Below are positions 16,807 to 25,700 of a stretch of DNA of 27,697 nucleotides, piece after piece. A model generated the notes under the pieces. It searched no databases and was not told the origin of the DNA. It saw only the letters and a list, made by a program, of their open reading frames with translations. How positions within the stretch are numbered: the stretch's first letter is position 1; every line of letters starts with the position of its first letter. Both the position numbers and the translations under genes were made by a program. The stretch lies in assembly GCA_964469675.1 (NCBI GenBank), contig CAYYBV010000001.1, positions 12,909-40,605 of the forward strand, written 5' to 3'. The DNA comes from an uncultured Verrucomicrobiota bacterium (GTDB lineage Bacteria > Verrucomicrobiota > Kiritimatiellia > JAAZAB01).

Positions 16807-17798
16807 TAGTAGTATAACCAGCGTAAGATTTCAACCTCGCCTTGGTCGTCACGGTGCACGAGAGCATAAACGGTTTCCGCTTGTCCGTTATGGGTGGCTT
16901 GTGCGGCCACCGAAAAATAGCGGCTCCGTGTATTCAGGTAAGGACCAAGTTCTTTTAGTGTTTTAGCATCCATTACCTGGCTCAAGATTGTTATGGGATG
17001 TGCGCTGCGCCACCGGCAAATTTTTTCAGCCAGCGCGCTCCGGCCCGCCCCCAGGACTGCCTGGAGTACTGGCCGGCTGGCCGTATTTACGTTAATCGGC
17101 ACGATCCGTTCCGCCCGGTCCGGTAATACCGTGAGCTCCGGCGGCGGCGCGCGCTGTTCCACCTGCGCGGCATTCAATACGCTACCAAGTTCAGCCGGAC
17201 TTTCCATCAGGGCGTTAGGCGGCTCCATTGTCAGGCGGGCCTGGTGATAATAGCCGGCCTCACGTGTGCCTTCCTCCCGACCTCTCGGAGAGTCGGGACG
17301 ATCCATCCAGTCTTTCAGCGCCTCGGTTTCACCCGCCGGATCAGGCCATTGATTGGCGGTGAACACTTCCCGGACAATCGTTTGCGGCAACCGGGCGGCG
17401 GTGTTGCTGGGTACGGCAGCCAGGTTGTTGACGTTAAAATACCGGTTTTCATCGGTGATCTGGGTAATGGTCTGGATGTTATTCGGCAGGCAATTTGTCT
17501 GCCAGGCGGCCCAAAGTTCATTGGTATGGTCTACCTGCAGGTTTTCATCGGCGGCGAGCACGCGCAGCGCTTCCCAGGCGGCTTCGGTCGCCGCCACGCG
17601 TAATTGTGCCCGTAGGGCCTGGCGGTTTTCAAACCGCAGGGTCATCCGTGCAACAATCTGGGATTGGATGACGAGTGCCAGGATTAGGCCCATGAAAAGC
17701 AGGACGGTCACGAGGATCATCCCCGATTCGCGAGAACGCTCTTGACGGGAAAGACCGGGTATGGTGTGATAAACCGCTAATGGAATGATCCATCGCAT
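16806..17798 (-). CDS. gspK: Type II secretion minor pseudopilin GspK
   Basis: Start reassigned to 17798. Basic leader RQERSRESG followed by hydrophobic MILVTVLLFMGLILAL. Motifs LWAAW, ITDENRYFNVN, ALKDWMD, PPNALMESPAEL, INVNTAS, SRYFSV. Confidence 0.82.
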   Translation of the reverse strand: MRWIIPLAVYHTIPGLSRQERSRESGMILVTVLLFMGLILALVIQSQIVARMTLRFENRQALRAQLRVAATEAAWEALRVLAADENLQVDHTNELWAAWQTNCLPNNIQTITQITDENRYFNVNNLAAVPSNTAARLPQTIVREVFTANQWPDPAGETEALKDWMDRPDSPRGREEGTREAGYYHQARLTMEPPNALMESPAELGSVLNAAQVEQRAPPPELTVLPDRAERIVPINVNTASRPVLQAVLGAGRSALAEKICRWRSAHPITILSQVMDAKTLKELGPYLNTRSRYFSVAAQATHNGQAETVYALVHRDDQGEVEILRWLYY

Positions 17799-17804
17799 GT
17801 CATT

Positions 17805-17833
17805 ATTATTACCAGATGTGGCGGGAAAGTCAA
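17805..17833 (-). promoter_or_regulatory. Candidate promoter for gspK-L-M, positioned for a leaderless transcript
   Basis: Minus strand: TTGACT (17833-17828), 16-17 nt spacer, TG-g-TAATAAT, then 6 nt to ATG 17798. Confidence 0.5.
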
Positions 17834-17853
17834 ATGGAGCGGGCAGGCATCCA

Positions 17854-18960
17854 ATGAACACGGCTCTATTCAACTTCAGGTTGCCAGTCGGTCTCGCGCT
17901 GATTATGCTGGCGCTGACCGCCTTGCCGCTCAACGGCGCGGTTGATCCTGATTTATCTATTTTGCCCGGCAAATCGGATCGTCGCGAAGAACGATTGACT
18001 CCTAACAATCAATTCCTGACAGCATATAATTCCATGGCCTTGGCCGATTGGCTGGCTAAAAAGAACCTTCGGACAGAAGCCGGCGATCTTTACACCGAAG
18101 CTTTGCAGCTTTTTGATAAGTTGTCCGTTGATTATCCGCAATGGCAACCGGCCGTGGTCTCATTCCGCATGAACTATTGCCGCGAGGCGCTGCAACGCTT
18201 GTCTGCAATGCCGGACGCCGCCGGGCGATCAGATCAAGCGGGGGTTCCACCAACGGTAGGGCAAGCTGCCGGTTCGCCCAGCGCCGTGCGTGAGCATGAA
18301 GCAAAACCGGCGGTCATTTTAAAAAAACCGCCGGCTACCGGCCGACCGACAGCGGCAAATCAACAATCAAAAATAGAAAGTCCTAAATCTGAAATTCCGG
18401 CACTTTCGCCGCTTAATTTCAAGCTCCAGCAAGCGGCGCTCAAGGAGCGTGGCCGTGATGATGCCGGCGCGCTTGCCATGTACCTCGTGCTTTTAGAAGA
18501 ATATCCACAGGAACCCTGGGCCTTGAAAGGCGCCTGTCGCTGTTGTTTGCGTTTGGGATACACAAATAAGGTGCGTGCGTTGATCCGGCAGATCCCGGCT
18601 TTACCCTGGCCCGATGCCGATTTTAATTTGCTGATTGCGCTGGTGGATTGCCAAGAAGGCCGCTATCAGGCGGCGATCTCCCGTCTGCATCAGGCACTCA
18701 AGCAGAATAGCGCGTCCCCCGAGGCGCACGTGGCCCTCGGTGTGGCGCTAGCGGCTACCGGTAAACTGACCGATGCCCAGATCGAAATGAAACGGGCTTT
18801 GGCGCTTAACCCGAAACTGGGCGATGCTTTCTATAACTTAACGCTTCTGGGTCTGTGCCAAAAACCGATGGACCATGATACGGCGCGCGTACATTACAAA
18901 AACGCCTTGCGGCATGGCGCCGCGCCCGATCCCAAACTTGATGCTTTGCTGGCCGAATGA
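17854..18960 (+). CDS. Exported TPR protein with N-terminal helical domain and Pro/Ala-rich linker
   Basis: Start reassigned to 17854 (MNTALFNFRLPVGLALIMLALTALPLNG signal). N-domain with YPQWQPAVVSFRMNY. C-terminal TPRs (EAHVALGVALAATG...ALALNPKLGDAFYNL; YKNALRHGA..DPKLD). Confidence 0.8.
   Translation: MNTALFNFRLPVGLALIMLALTALPLNGAVDPDLSILPGKSDRREERLTPNNQFLTAYNSMALADWLAKKNLRTEAGDLYTEALQLFDKLSVDYPQWQPAVVSFRMNYCREALQRLSAMPDAAGRSDQAGVPPTVGQAAGSPSAVREHEAKPAVILKKPPATGRPTAANQQSKIESPKSEIPALSPLNFKLQQAALKERGRDDAGALAMYLVLLEEYPQEPWALKGACRCCLRLGYTNKVRALIRQIPALPWPDADFNLLIALVDCQEGRYQAAISRLHQALKQNSASPEAHVALGVALAATGKLTDAQIEMKRALALNPKLGDAFYNLTLLGLCQKPMDHDTARVHYKNALRHGAAPDPKLDALLAE
18361..18395 (+). repeat. 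Degenerate heptamer tandem array inside the TPR gene linker
   Basis: caacaat-caaaaat-agaaagt-cctaaat-ctgaaat (five units), encoding QQSKIESPKSEI. Confidence 0.65.
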
Positions 18961-18963
18961 GGT

Positions 18964-19959
18964 CTAATCCCGCTCCGGGCGGGCATCGCGGGTCATGAGC
19001 GCTGCCATGGCTTTGGCGGGGCTCCGACTGTCGTGGAGCATGGCATGCACTTCGTCCGTGATCGGGGTGCGTACGCCGTGTTCAAGGGCCAAAGCGTGGG
19101 CAATGGCGCAGGTCGTTACGCCTTCCGCCACCTGGTGCATGCCGCCGATAATTCCGTCTAATGTTTCCCCGTGGCCCAGTCGCTCACCCACTGCGTGATT
19201 GCGGCTCAAGCGGCTCGTGCAGGTGACAATTAAGTCACCCAGTCCACTCAAACCGGCAAAAGTTTCCGGCCGCGCGCCTAACGCAACCCCCAGGCGCGTC
19301 ATTTCCGCCAGGCCGCGCGTTATGAGCGCGGAACGTGTGTTATCGCCAAAACCAAGGCCGTCGCTGACCCCCGCGGCAATGGCGATGATGTTTTTCAAGG
19401 TGCCACCCAATTCGACGCCCGCAACATCTTCGGATGTGTACACCCGGAACTGCTGGCAGGTAATGATTTTTTGCAAAGCTTGTGCGCGGGAATGATCAGC
19501 ACAGGCGATTACGACAGCGGTCGGCATGCCCCGGGCCACCTCTCCCGCGAGACTTGGCCCGGATAATACCGCCACCGCCTTATGGCCGAGCACTTCGCCG
19601 GCCACTTCCGTGAGCCGCCGGTGCGTGCTGGCATCCAATCCCTTGCTTACGCTTAAAAGTGCGCAATCAGCCGGCACACGCCCCGCAAACGATTCAAGCA
19701 CGCTCCGGTAATACTTGGATGGCGAGGCCAGGATGATGACCTCGGCCCCGGTCACAGCCTCGTCCCGGTCAGCCGTCCAATGCAAGGCATCCGGCAACGG
19801 CACGCCCGGTAGGAACAGCTTGTTTTCGCGTTCGCTGCGCAGGCGCTCGATATATTTTTGAAAAGGGCCCCAGATTCGCACCGCATGCCCTTGTTTGACA
19901 AGCAGCAAGCCAAGCGCTGTGCCCCATCCGCCGTCACCCAGTATGGCAATTTGGTGCAT
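18964..19959 (-). CDS. gpsA: NAD(P)H-dependent glycerol-3-phosphate dehydrogenase
   Basis: AILGDGGWGTAL, SVSKG, LSGPSLA.EV, GVELGGTLKNIIAIAAG, GLSGLGDLIVTCTSRLSRN, VAEG. Confidence 0.97.
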   Translation of the reverse strand: MHQIAILGDGGWGTALGLLLVKQGHAVRIWGPFQKYIERLRSERENKLFLPGVPLPDALHWTADRDEAVTGAEVIILASPSKYYRSVLESFAGRVPADCALLSVSKGLDASTHRRLTEVAGEVLGHKAVAVLSGPSLAGEVARGMPTAVVIACADHSRAQALQKIITCQQFRVYTSEDVAGVELGGTLKNIIAIAAGVSDGLGFGDNTRSALITRGLAEMTRLGVALGARPETFAGLSGLGDLIVTCTSRLSRNHAVGERLGHGETLDGIIGGMHQVAEGVTTCAIAHALALEHGVRTPITDEVHAMLHDSRSPAKAMAALMTRDARPERD

Positions 19960-19965
19960 TGATTT

Positions 19966-20607
19966 TTATGAGTTTGCCGTTTTCTTTTTAAACGCCATCC
20001 GGTTTTCAGTGCCCTGCCGCAAACGCTGGATATTACTTTTATGCCGCCAGATTACCAGGGTGCACAGCACCGTCAAGACCACCGGCAAAAGTTTGTCCGT
20101 TTGGGCATAAAAAATCCAGACCGATCCGGCAACCGCGATGGCGGCCACGATAGACGCCACGGAAACGTAACGGGTTGCCAAGAAAACCACTGCCCAGGTC
20201 AACAGGCCGATGCCGGCCGCCGAGGGTGCCAGCCCGATCAGCGCGCCCACGCTGGTGGCCACGCCTTTGCCACCCTTGAATCGCAGATAAACCGGCCAGT
20301 TATGCCCGGCAATAGCAAGGCAGGCGCAAACCAGTGACAAAACGCTATCGTCACCGGGCGCCCCGATCGTTTTGGCCAAAAACGGAAACAAGCTGGCCGG
20401 AATAAAGCCTTTCAGCGCATCGCAGGTAAATGCCAGGATGCCCCATTTTTTGCCGAGCGCACGGAATACATTGGTGGCGCCAATGTTCCCGCTGCCGACC
20501 TTGCGAATGTCCACGCCATTGGCCCGCGCAATCAGGAGGCCAAATGGAATGGCGCCCAGCAGGTACGCGAGGACGCCGCAAATGCTATAAATTAGTGGTG
20601 TTGTCAT
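19966..20607 (-). CDS. plsY: Glycerol-3-phosphate acyltransferase PlsY
   Basis: YLLGAIPFG, DIRKVGSGNIGATNVFR, DALKG, GHNWPVYLRFKGGKGVAT, RHKSNIQRL..GTE. Confidence 0.97.
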   Translation of the reverse strand: MTTPLIYSICGVLAYLLGAIPFGLLIARANGVDIRKVGSGNIGATNVFRALGKKWGILAFTCDALKGFIPASLFPFLAKTIGAPGDDSVLSLVCACLAIAGHNWPVYLRFKGGKGVATSVGALIGLAPSAAGIGLLTWAVVFLATRYVSVASIVAAIAVAGSVWIFYAQTDKLLPVVLTVLCTLVIWRHKSNIQRLRQGTENRMAFKKKTANS

Positions 20608-20612
20608 GGAGT

Positions 20613-20631
20613 AGTTACAATCCTTGTAACT
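20613..20631. promoter_or_regulatory. Perfect 8-3-8 inverted repeat just upstream of plsY (candidate operator or RNA hairpin)
   Basis: AGTTACAA-TCC-TTGTAACT, 5 nt from the plsY ATG at 20607. Confidence 0.5.
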
Positions 20632-20723
20632 GCTTGGGAGCCAGCATTCAGCATCAGGAAAACCGGCCTGGTTATTTAGTTCGGAATTATGGGCTCTGCA
20701 TGATTACAATAGCATTATTAAAA

Positions 20724-21350
20724 TCATTCCGTCAACTTGAACCGGAAGGTCAGCACTGTTTCAACCTCGGCGCGCCAGGTGCCCGGCTGTGTGGACACAT
20801 AATGCGCCTGCCGGACGGCATCCATTGCCGCCTGGTCCAACATCGGAAATCCGCTTGAACGCACCACTTCACAGCGGTTGGCGCGCCCGGAAGGTTTGAC
20901 CCACACGCGTATTGTAACCGCGCCCTCTTCGCCGCGCAAACGCGCACCCAGTGGATAATACGGGCGAATTTCCGATTTTCCCCGCACGGCACCGACTACC
21001 CCCTGGTTAAGCGCCTCGTCCGGCTGCGCCGCCTGGCTCACATTTGGCGCACTGGCCGCAGGCGGATTGGCGGGTGTCTTCACTAATTCTTGCGTTGCGG
21101 TTTCTGGATCAAGCCGATCTTGATTTTGCCCTGTTTCCGCCTCTTGCGCCGGTTCGTTTTCGTCCGTTATCTGTCGTCCATCCGGGTCTTTCGCCACAAT
21201 CGTCACGGCCAGGCTGACATCGCCGCTCTGGAACAGCGGGCGGAGCTCCGGCGGCCGCAGGTTCCATAACCAGGCGGTGCCCACGATCAGCAGCCCGTGC
21301 AAGAACAGGGCCATACTAAAACAAACCGAGAAATCAGTCAGGCGTTTCAT
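20724..21350 (-). CDS. tonB: Energy transducer TonB
   Basis: TM anchor with S-x3-H (SMALFLHG), charged/Pro linker, TonB_C motif (YYPLGARLRGEEGAVTIRVWV..SG......VVRSSGFPMLDQAAMDAV). Confidence 0.92.
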   Translation of the reverse strand: MKRLTDFSVCFSMALFLHGLLIVGTAWLWNLRPPELRPLFQSGDVSLAVTIVAKDPDGRQITDENEPAQEAETGQNQDRLDPETATQELVKTPANPPAASAPNVSQAAQPDEALNQGVVGAVRGKSEIRPYYPLGARLRGEEGAVTIRVWVKPSGRANRCEVVRSSGFPMLDQAAMDAVRQAHYVSTQPGTWRAEVETVLTFRFKLTE

Positions 21351-21447
21351 TTTTAATCACGGTTATTCGGAATATTATTCTGAACGGCAATCAAAAGCCA
21401 ATGAATCTGGCGAGTAGGGGGATAATGTTTGGGCAACAATTTAATTT

Positions 21448-21846
21448 TTATTGCCCTTGCACTTCAAACGCCACCGACGGTACCCCGGCGGTCCGGAGCC
21501 GCGAAAGCAGTTCAATCCCAATGCCAAGCTCCGCCTGGCGGTCGCCGCGGATAAGCACGGTGCCGGGCGCGCTCCGTATCCGTTCCGCCACGCGCTGGAC
21601 ACAGTCATTCATGTTGTAAGTTGTCCCGTCCAAGGCGAGTGTGTTTTTGGCGTCCAGCACGATTCGCACTACTTTTTTCGGCTGCGTTTCGCCGGTTGCC
21701 GCCGGAAGCGTGATGCGCACGCCCTGGTTCACCGACATGGAAATAATCGCGTAGATGAAAAACACAAGCAGCAGGAAAACCACATCCAGCAGGGGCACAA
21801 GCTCGATCCGCGCCTTCTTATACTCGTAGCCGGTTGTTAGGCGCAT
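21448..21846 (-). CDS. exbD: Biopolymer transporter ExbD
   Basis: Start reassigned to 21846. IELVPLLDVVFLLLVFF, ITLP.A, VLIRGD. Confidence 0.93.
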   Translation of the reverse strand: MRLTTGYEYKKARIELVPLLDVVFLLLVFFIYAIISMSVNQGVRITLPAATGETQPKKVVRIVLDAKNTLALDGTTYNMNDCVQRVAERIRSAPGTVLIRGDRQAELGIGIELLSRLRTAGVPSVAFEVQGQ

Positions 21847-22471
21847 GGTCCGTTCCCTTCCGGTAGGCAGTTTCAAATTGGGCAATTGTTTGCTCAAGGC
21901 GCCGGGTTTCGCGCTGAACCTTGCTGACGAAGGCATTGAATGGCACCAGTGTCAGGAGCGCAACGGTAATGCCCGCGGCCGTGTTGATCAGCGACTCCGC
22001 CACGCCGCGCGTCACGGCGGCCGAGCTCTGGATGTCATCCATGCCGAGCACATGGAATGAACGGATAATGCCAAAGACCGTCCCGAGGATGCCCAAAAGC
22101 GGTGCCATGGTGATAATGGTTTCCAGGGCGGAAAGCCCTTGTTTCATGCGGGCAATCTCGTCATTGGCGGCGATTTCCATGTTTTCGGTCAGCCCGTAAT
22201 GACGGTGTTTTAATCCTGCGGTCAGCACGCGCAGGATGGCGGTGTTCCGGCTTTGGCCGATCGCCAGGGCCTGCTCAAACCGGCCCTGTTCGGTATGCTC
22301 AAACAGTTCTTCCAGGGGAGCGGCGCCCAGCCGATTGCTCCGTTCCGCGCGCCACCAGAAGAGCATGCGCTCGATTGTGATGGTCAGTGACACCAGCGAG
22401 CAGGCCAACAGCGGCCAGAGCACCGGCCCGCCCTTGATGAAAAAATCCAGGATGATGTCATAACCGTGCAT
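21818..22471 (-). CDS. exbB: MotA/TolQ/ExbB proton channel protein
   Basis: Start reassigned to 22471. KGGPVLWPLLACS, LETIITMAPLLGILGTVFGII, GVAESLINTAAG. Confidence 0.93.
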   Translation of the reverse strand: MHGYDIILDFFIKGGPVLWPLLACSLVSLTITIERMLFWWRAERSNRLGAAPLEELFEHTEQGRFEQALAIGQSRNTAILRVLTAGLKHRHYGLTENMEIAANDEIARMKQGLSALETIITMAPLLGILGTVFGIIRSFHVLGMDDIQSSAAVTRGVAESLINTAAGITVALLTLVPFNAFVSKVQRETRRLEQTIAQFETAYRKGTDHAPNNRLRV

Positions 22472-22763
22472 ATCACCCATCCCATCAAACAGCGGGCACG
22501 AAGTCAAGATCGGAGGCAATCTTGCCCGGCCGGCCGGATGTGATGCGCCCAGCCGGGCGATTAGGCCGGGAGTATTTACATTAAATTCATCATCGTGCCT
22601 GCCGCCGTTGCATCGCGGGCGGGTGCAAGGCGACATTGAAAATTGTGCAGGCGATTGGATCGGCCTTGCTCCCGGACAATGCCGCAGGTGTGGCGCGCGT
22701 GCATACGTTTGGCCAAAATGAAAAAGCTCGTTTTTTTCACCCGGCTTTGTCACAATGCAAACA

Positions 22764-25700
22764 ATGAACATGCTTTTGGAACAAACACCTGCTCCCGGAC
22801 AACACCGGCTGGCCTTTTGTGGCGATGTGCTGGAATTCACGCTCCGCTTGTCAGGCCCGGAGCGGGGCGAGGCCCGTCTGCGCACCAATATTGGCAACGC
22901 CGAAACCGCCCGGCGCGAAATTATCCGCGAGGCCGCCGAACATCGGCAACGTCTGGCCGAGGATTGGTTCGATATTCCCATGACGCGCGTTGATGACCAG
23001 TTCTATCGCTTGACCCTGCCGCTGTTGGAATCCGGCCATTTCGAGGCCAAGGCGCTTTTCCTGCCGGAGGGTGGTAATCAGCCCGTTTGGCCGCAAGGAC
23101 CGAATACGGCCATTAACGTTCACCCGGCGGCATATTGTTGCGCCAACAGCCTGTATAATGCGTTTGTCCGGCAGTTTGGCCAGGAGCGGCGTGCCCCCCT
23201 TGTTTTCACGCCTCAGCAAACCAAAGGCATCCAGGCCCTGCAAGCCAACGACTATGCCGTGATTCCACCCTCGGGCACGTTTCGTGATGTTATCCGGCAA
23301 CTCGATTTCATTATCGGGCGCCTGCGCTGCCGCGCGCTCATGCTCCTGCCGATTCACCCCACACCGACTGTTTACGGACGCATGGGCACGTTCGGCAGTC
23401 CCTATGCGGCGCTCGACTTCGTGGATGTGGACCCGGCCCTGGCCGAGTTCGACCCCAAGGCCACGCCGCTGGAGCAGTTCGGCGAGCTGGTGGATGCCGT
23501 GCACGCGCGCGGCGCGCGCCTCTTCCTGGATATTGCCATCAACCATACCGGCTGGGCCGCCAAAATTCACGCCGAGCACCCCGATTGGCTTATGCGCGAA
23601 ACCGACGGCACGATCCGTTCGCCCGGCGCATGGGGCGTGGTCTGGAGCGATTTAACCGAGATCAACCACCAGCACGTGGGGCTGTGGCGTTACCTGGCGA
23701 AGGTGTTCCTGACCTGGTGCCGGCGCGGCGTGGACGGGTTCCGCTGTGATGCCGGCTACATGATCCCGGTAAGCGCCTGGGAGTTCATCGTCGCCATGGT
23801 GCGCCGCGAATTTCCCGATACGCTCTTTCTGCTCGAGGGCCTGGGCGGCGGGATCGAAGCCACCACGACGCTCCTGAACATTGCCAACCTGAACTGGGCC
23901 TATTCGGAACTGTTTCAGAACTATGACCGCCGGCAGATCGAGGCTTATCTGCCGGGTGCCATCCGCATTTCCGAAACCGAAGGGCTCCTTGTGCACTTCG
24001 CCGAACCGCACGATAATAACCGCCTGGCGTCGCGCTCGATTCCCTATGCCTGCATGCGTACGGCGCTTTCGGCGCTCTGTTCCAGTAACGGCGCGTTTGC
24101 TTTTGCCAACGGCGTGGAATGGCATGCGGTCGAGAAAATCGACGTGCACGGACGTGCCCCCCTTGCGTGGGGATCGGGCGAAAACCAGGTGGACCGGATT
24201 GCGCGACTGCACTGCATCTTGCAGACGCACCCTGTCTTTTTTGCCGGCGCGCGCCTGCGCCTGATCCAGCAAGGCAGTGGCAACAGTATCGCGCTCCTGC
24301 GCTATTTACCCTCTACCGACCAGCGCCTCCTGGTCCTTGTTAACCTGGATGACAGCGCCACTCAGCCGGTCGCATGGAATCCCAGCGATGCCGGCCTGGC
24401 AAATCATGAATTAACCGATTTGTTGACCGGCCGCGTGGTGGCCGTCTCTTTGACGGGCGGCCAGGCGAGTTTAGTGCTGGCCCCGGCCGAGGTTCTGTGT
24501 CTTACGCCGGACCGCCTCGATCTTGACCGGATCCTCTCTGCCGAGGCCATCCCGACTCCCCAAAGGTTGGGACCGCCGGAAATTGTGCGGCGCCAGGGCT
24601 TGCGGGCCAAGGCGCTGGAGATTGTTAAAACCTGTCGTAACCCAGTCGATTTTTCCACGTTGGATCCCGACCGTCTGGCGATGGAGCTGGCGGAAAATCC
24701 GGGCGCCTTTTGCCGGAAACAGGATGTGCCGGGTGCCGCGCCGCGGGTGGTTACCTGGGAATGGCCGCGTGATTTAAAACGCGAGGTCATGATTCCGCCA
24801 AATCATTTTCTTTATCTGCGCGCGCCTGTCGCGTTTCGCGCGCAAATCGAGGAGGGGTCGAGGGTTGTCCAACAGCAAAATTCGCTTACGGCTGTGGACG
24901 GTTGCCATTTTATCCTGTTTTGTCCCGGGGCCGCGCGGCTGATGCCGCACGCGGCCAAATTAAAGCTTGTCGTTTATGAGCCGGAGCACACCCGGCATGA
25001 AACCGCGGCCTTGCTCTTTTTGCCGCCGGGCGATGTGCCGCGGGTACCGTTGGCGTTTAGTCACAAGGAATTGCTTGGCACACATCCTGTGTTTTTAAGC
25101 ACGAACGGGCGCGGCGGCATGCTGCGCGCTCCCGTGCTGTGGGCGGAAGTGCGCAGTCGTTATGATGCCCTGCTGGCCGGCAACCTGAACCCGGACTATC
25201 CCGAGGATCGGCGGATCATGCTGACGCGCTGCCGCGCGTGGCTGGTGTTTCAAGGTTATTCCCAGGATATCACGATTGATCGTCTGCAGCTTTTCCAGCT
25301 TGGCGACAATGCGGGTCTGTGGCGTTTTCGTGTGCCATTCGGTTTTGGACAATCCGTGTTCCTTGATATTCATGCCGAAATGATTGCCGGGCAGAATGCC
25401 ATGCGCCTGAAATTTTACCGGGCGCCTTGCCTAAATGCCGAAAACTGCTTGGCCGATGGCCAGGCGGTGCAATTGATTATTCGCCCGGATGTTGAAGACC
25501 GTTCGTTCCACGAGGACACCAAGGCGTTCCTCGGCCCGGAACGGAATTGGCCCGGTGCCGTGCATCCGGAATCCAATGGATTTATTTTTGCGCCGGACCC
25601 CGCCCGGCAGTTACGCGTGATTGTTTCCACCGGCAGCTTTCTGCCGGCGACCGAATGGCAATACATGGTGCATCATCCCATCGAGGCCGGACGCGGATTG

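Noticed and set aside
17799-18008. N-terminal 70-aa extension of the GspK ORF, and the 17785 start of the TPR ORF
   Set aside because: These would make divergent genes overlap. The prepilin-like leader, the promoter position and the signal peptide favour starts at 17798 and 17854.
18964-19959. GDGGWG instead of GAGSWG in the GpsA nucleotide-binding loop as possible inactivation
   Set aside because: All other catalytic motifs are intact. I recall this variant from other PVC-group GpsA proteins, so it is treated as a lineage variant.
22472-22981. 170-aa N-terminal extension of ExbB in the ORF track
   Set aside because: It overlaps the debranching gene and has low-complexity composition. ExbB homology begins at MHGYDII/KGGPVLW.
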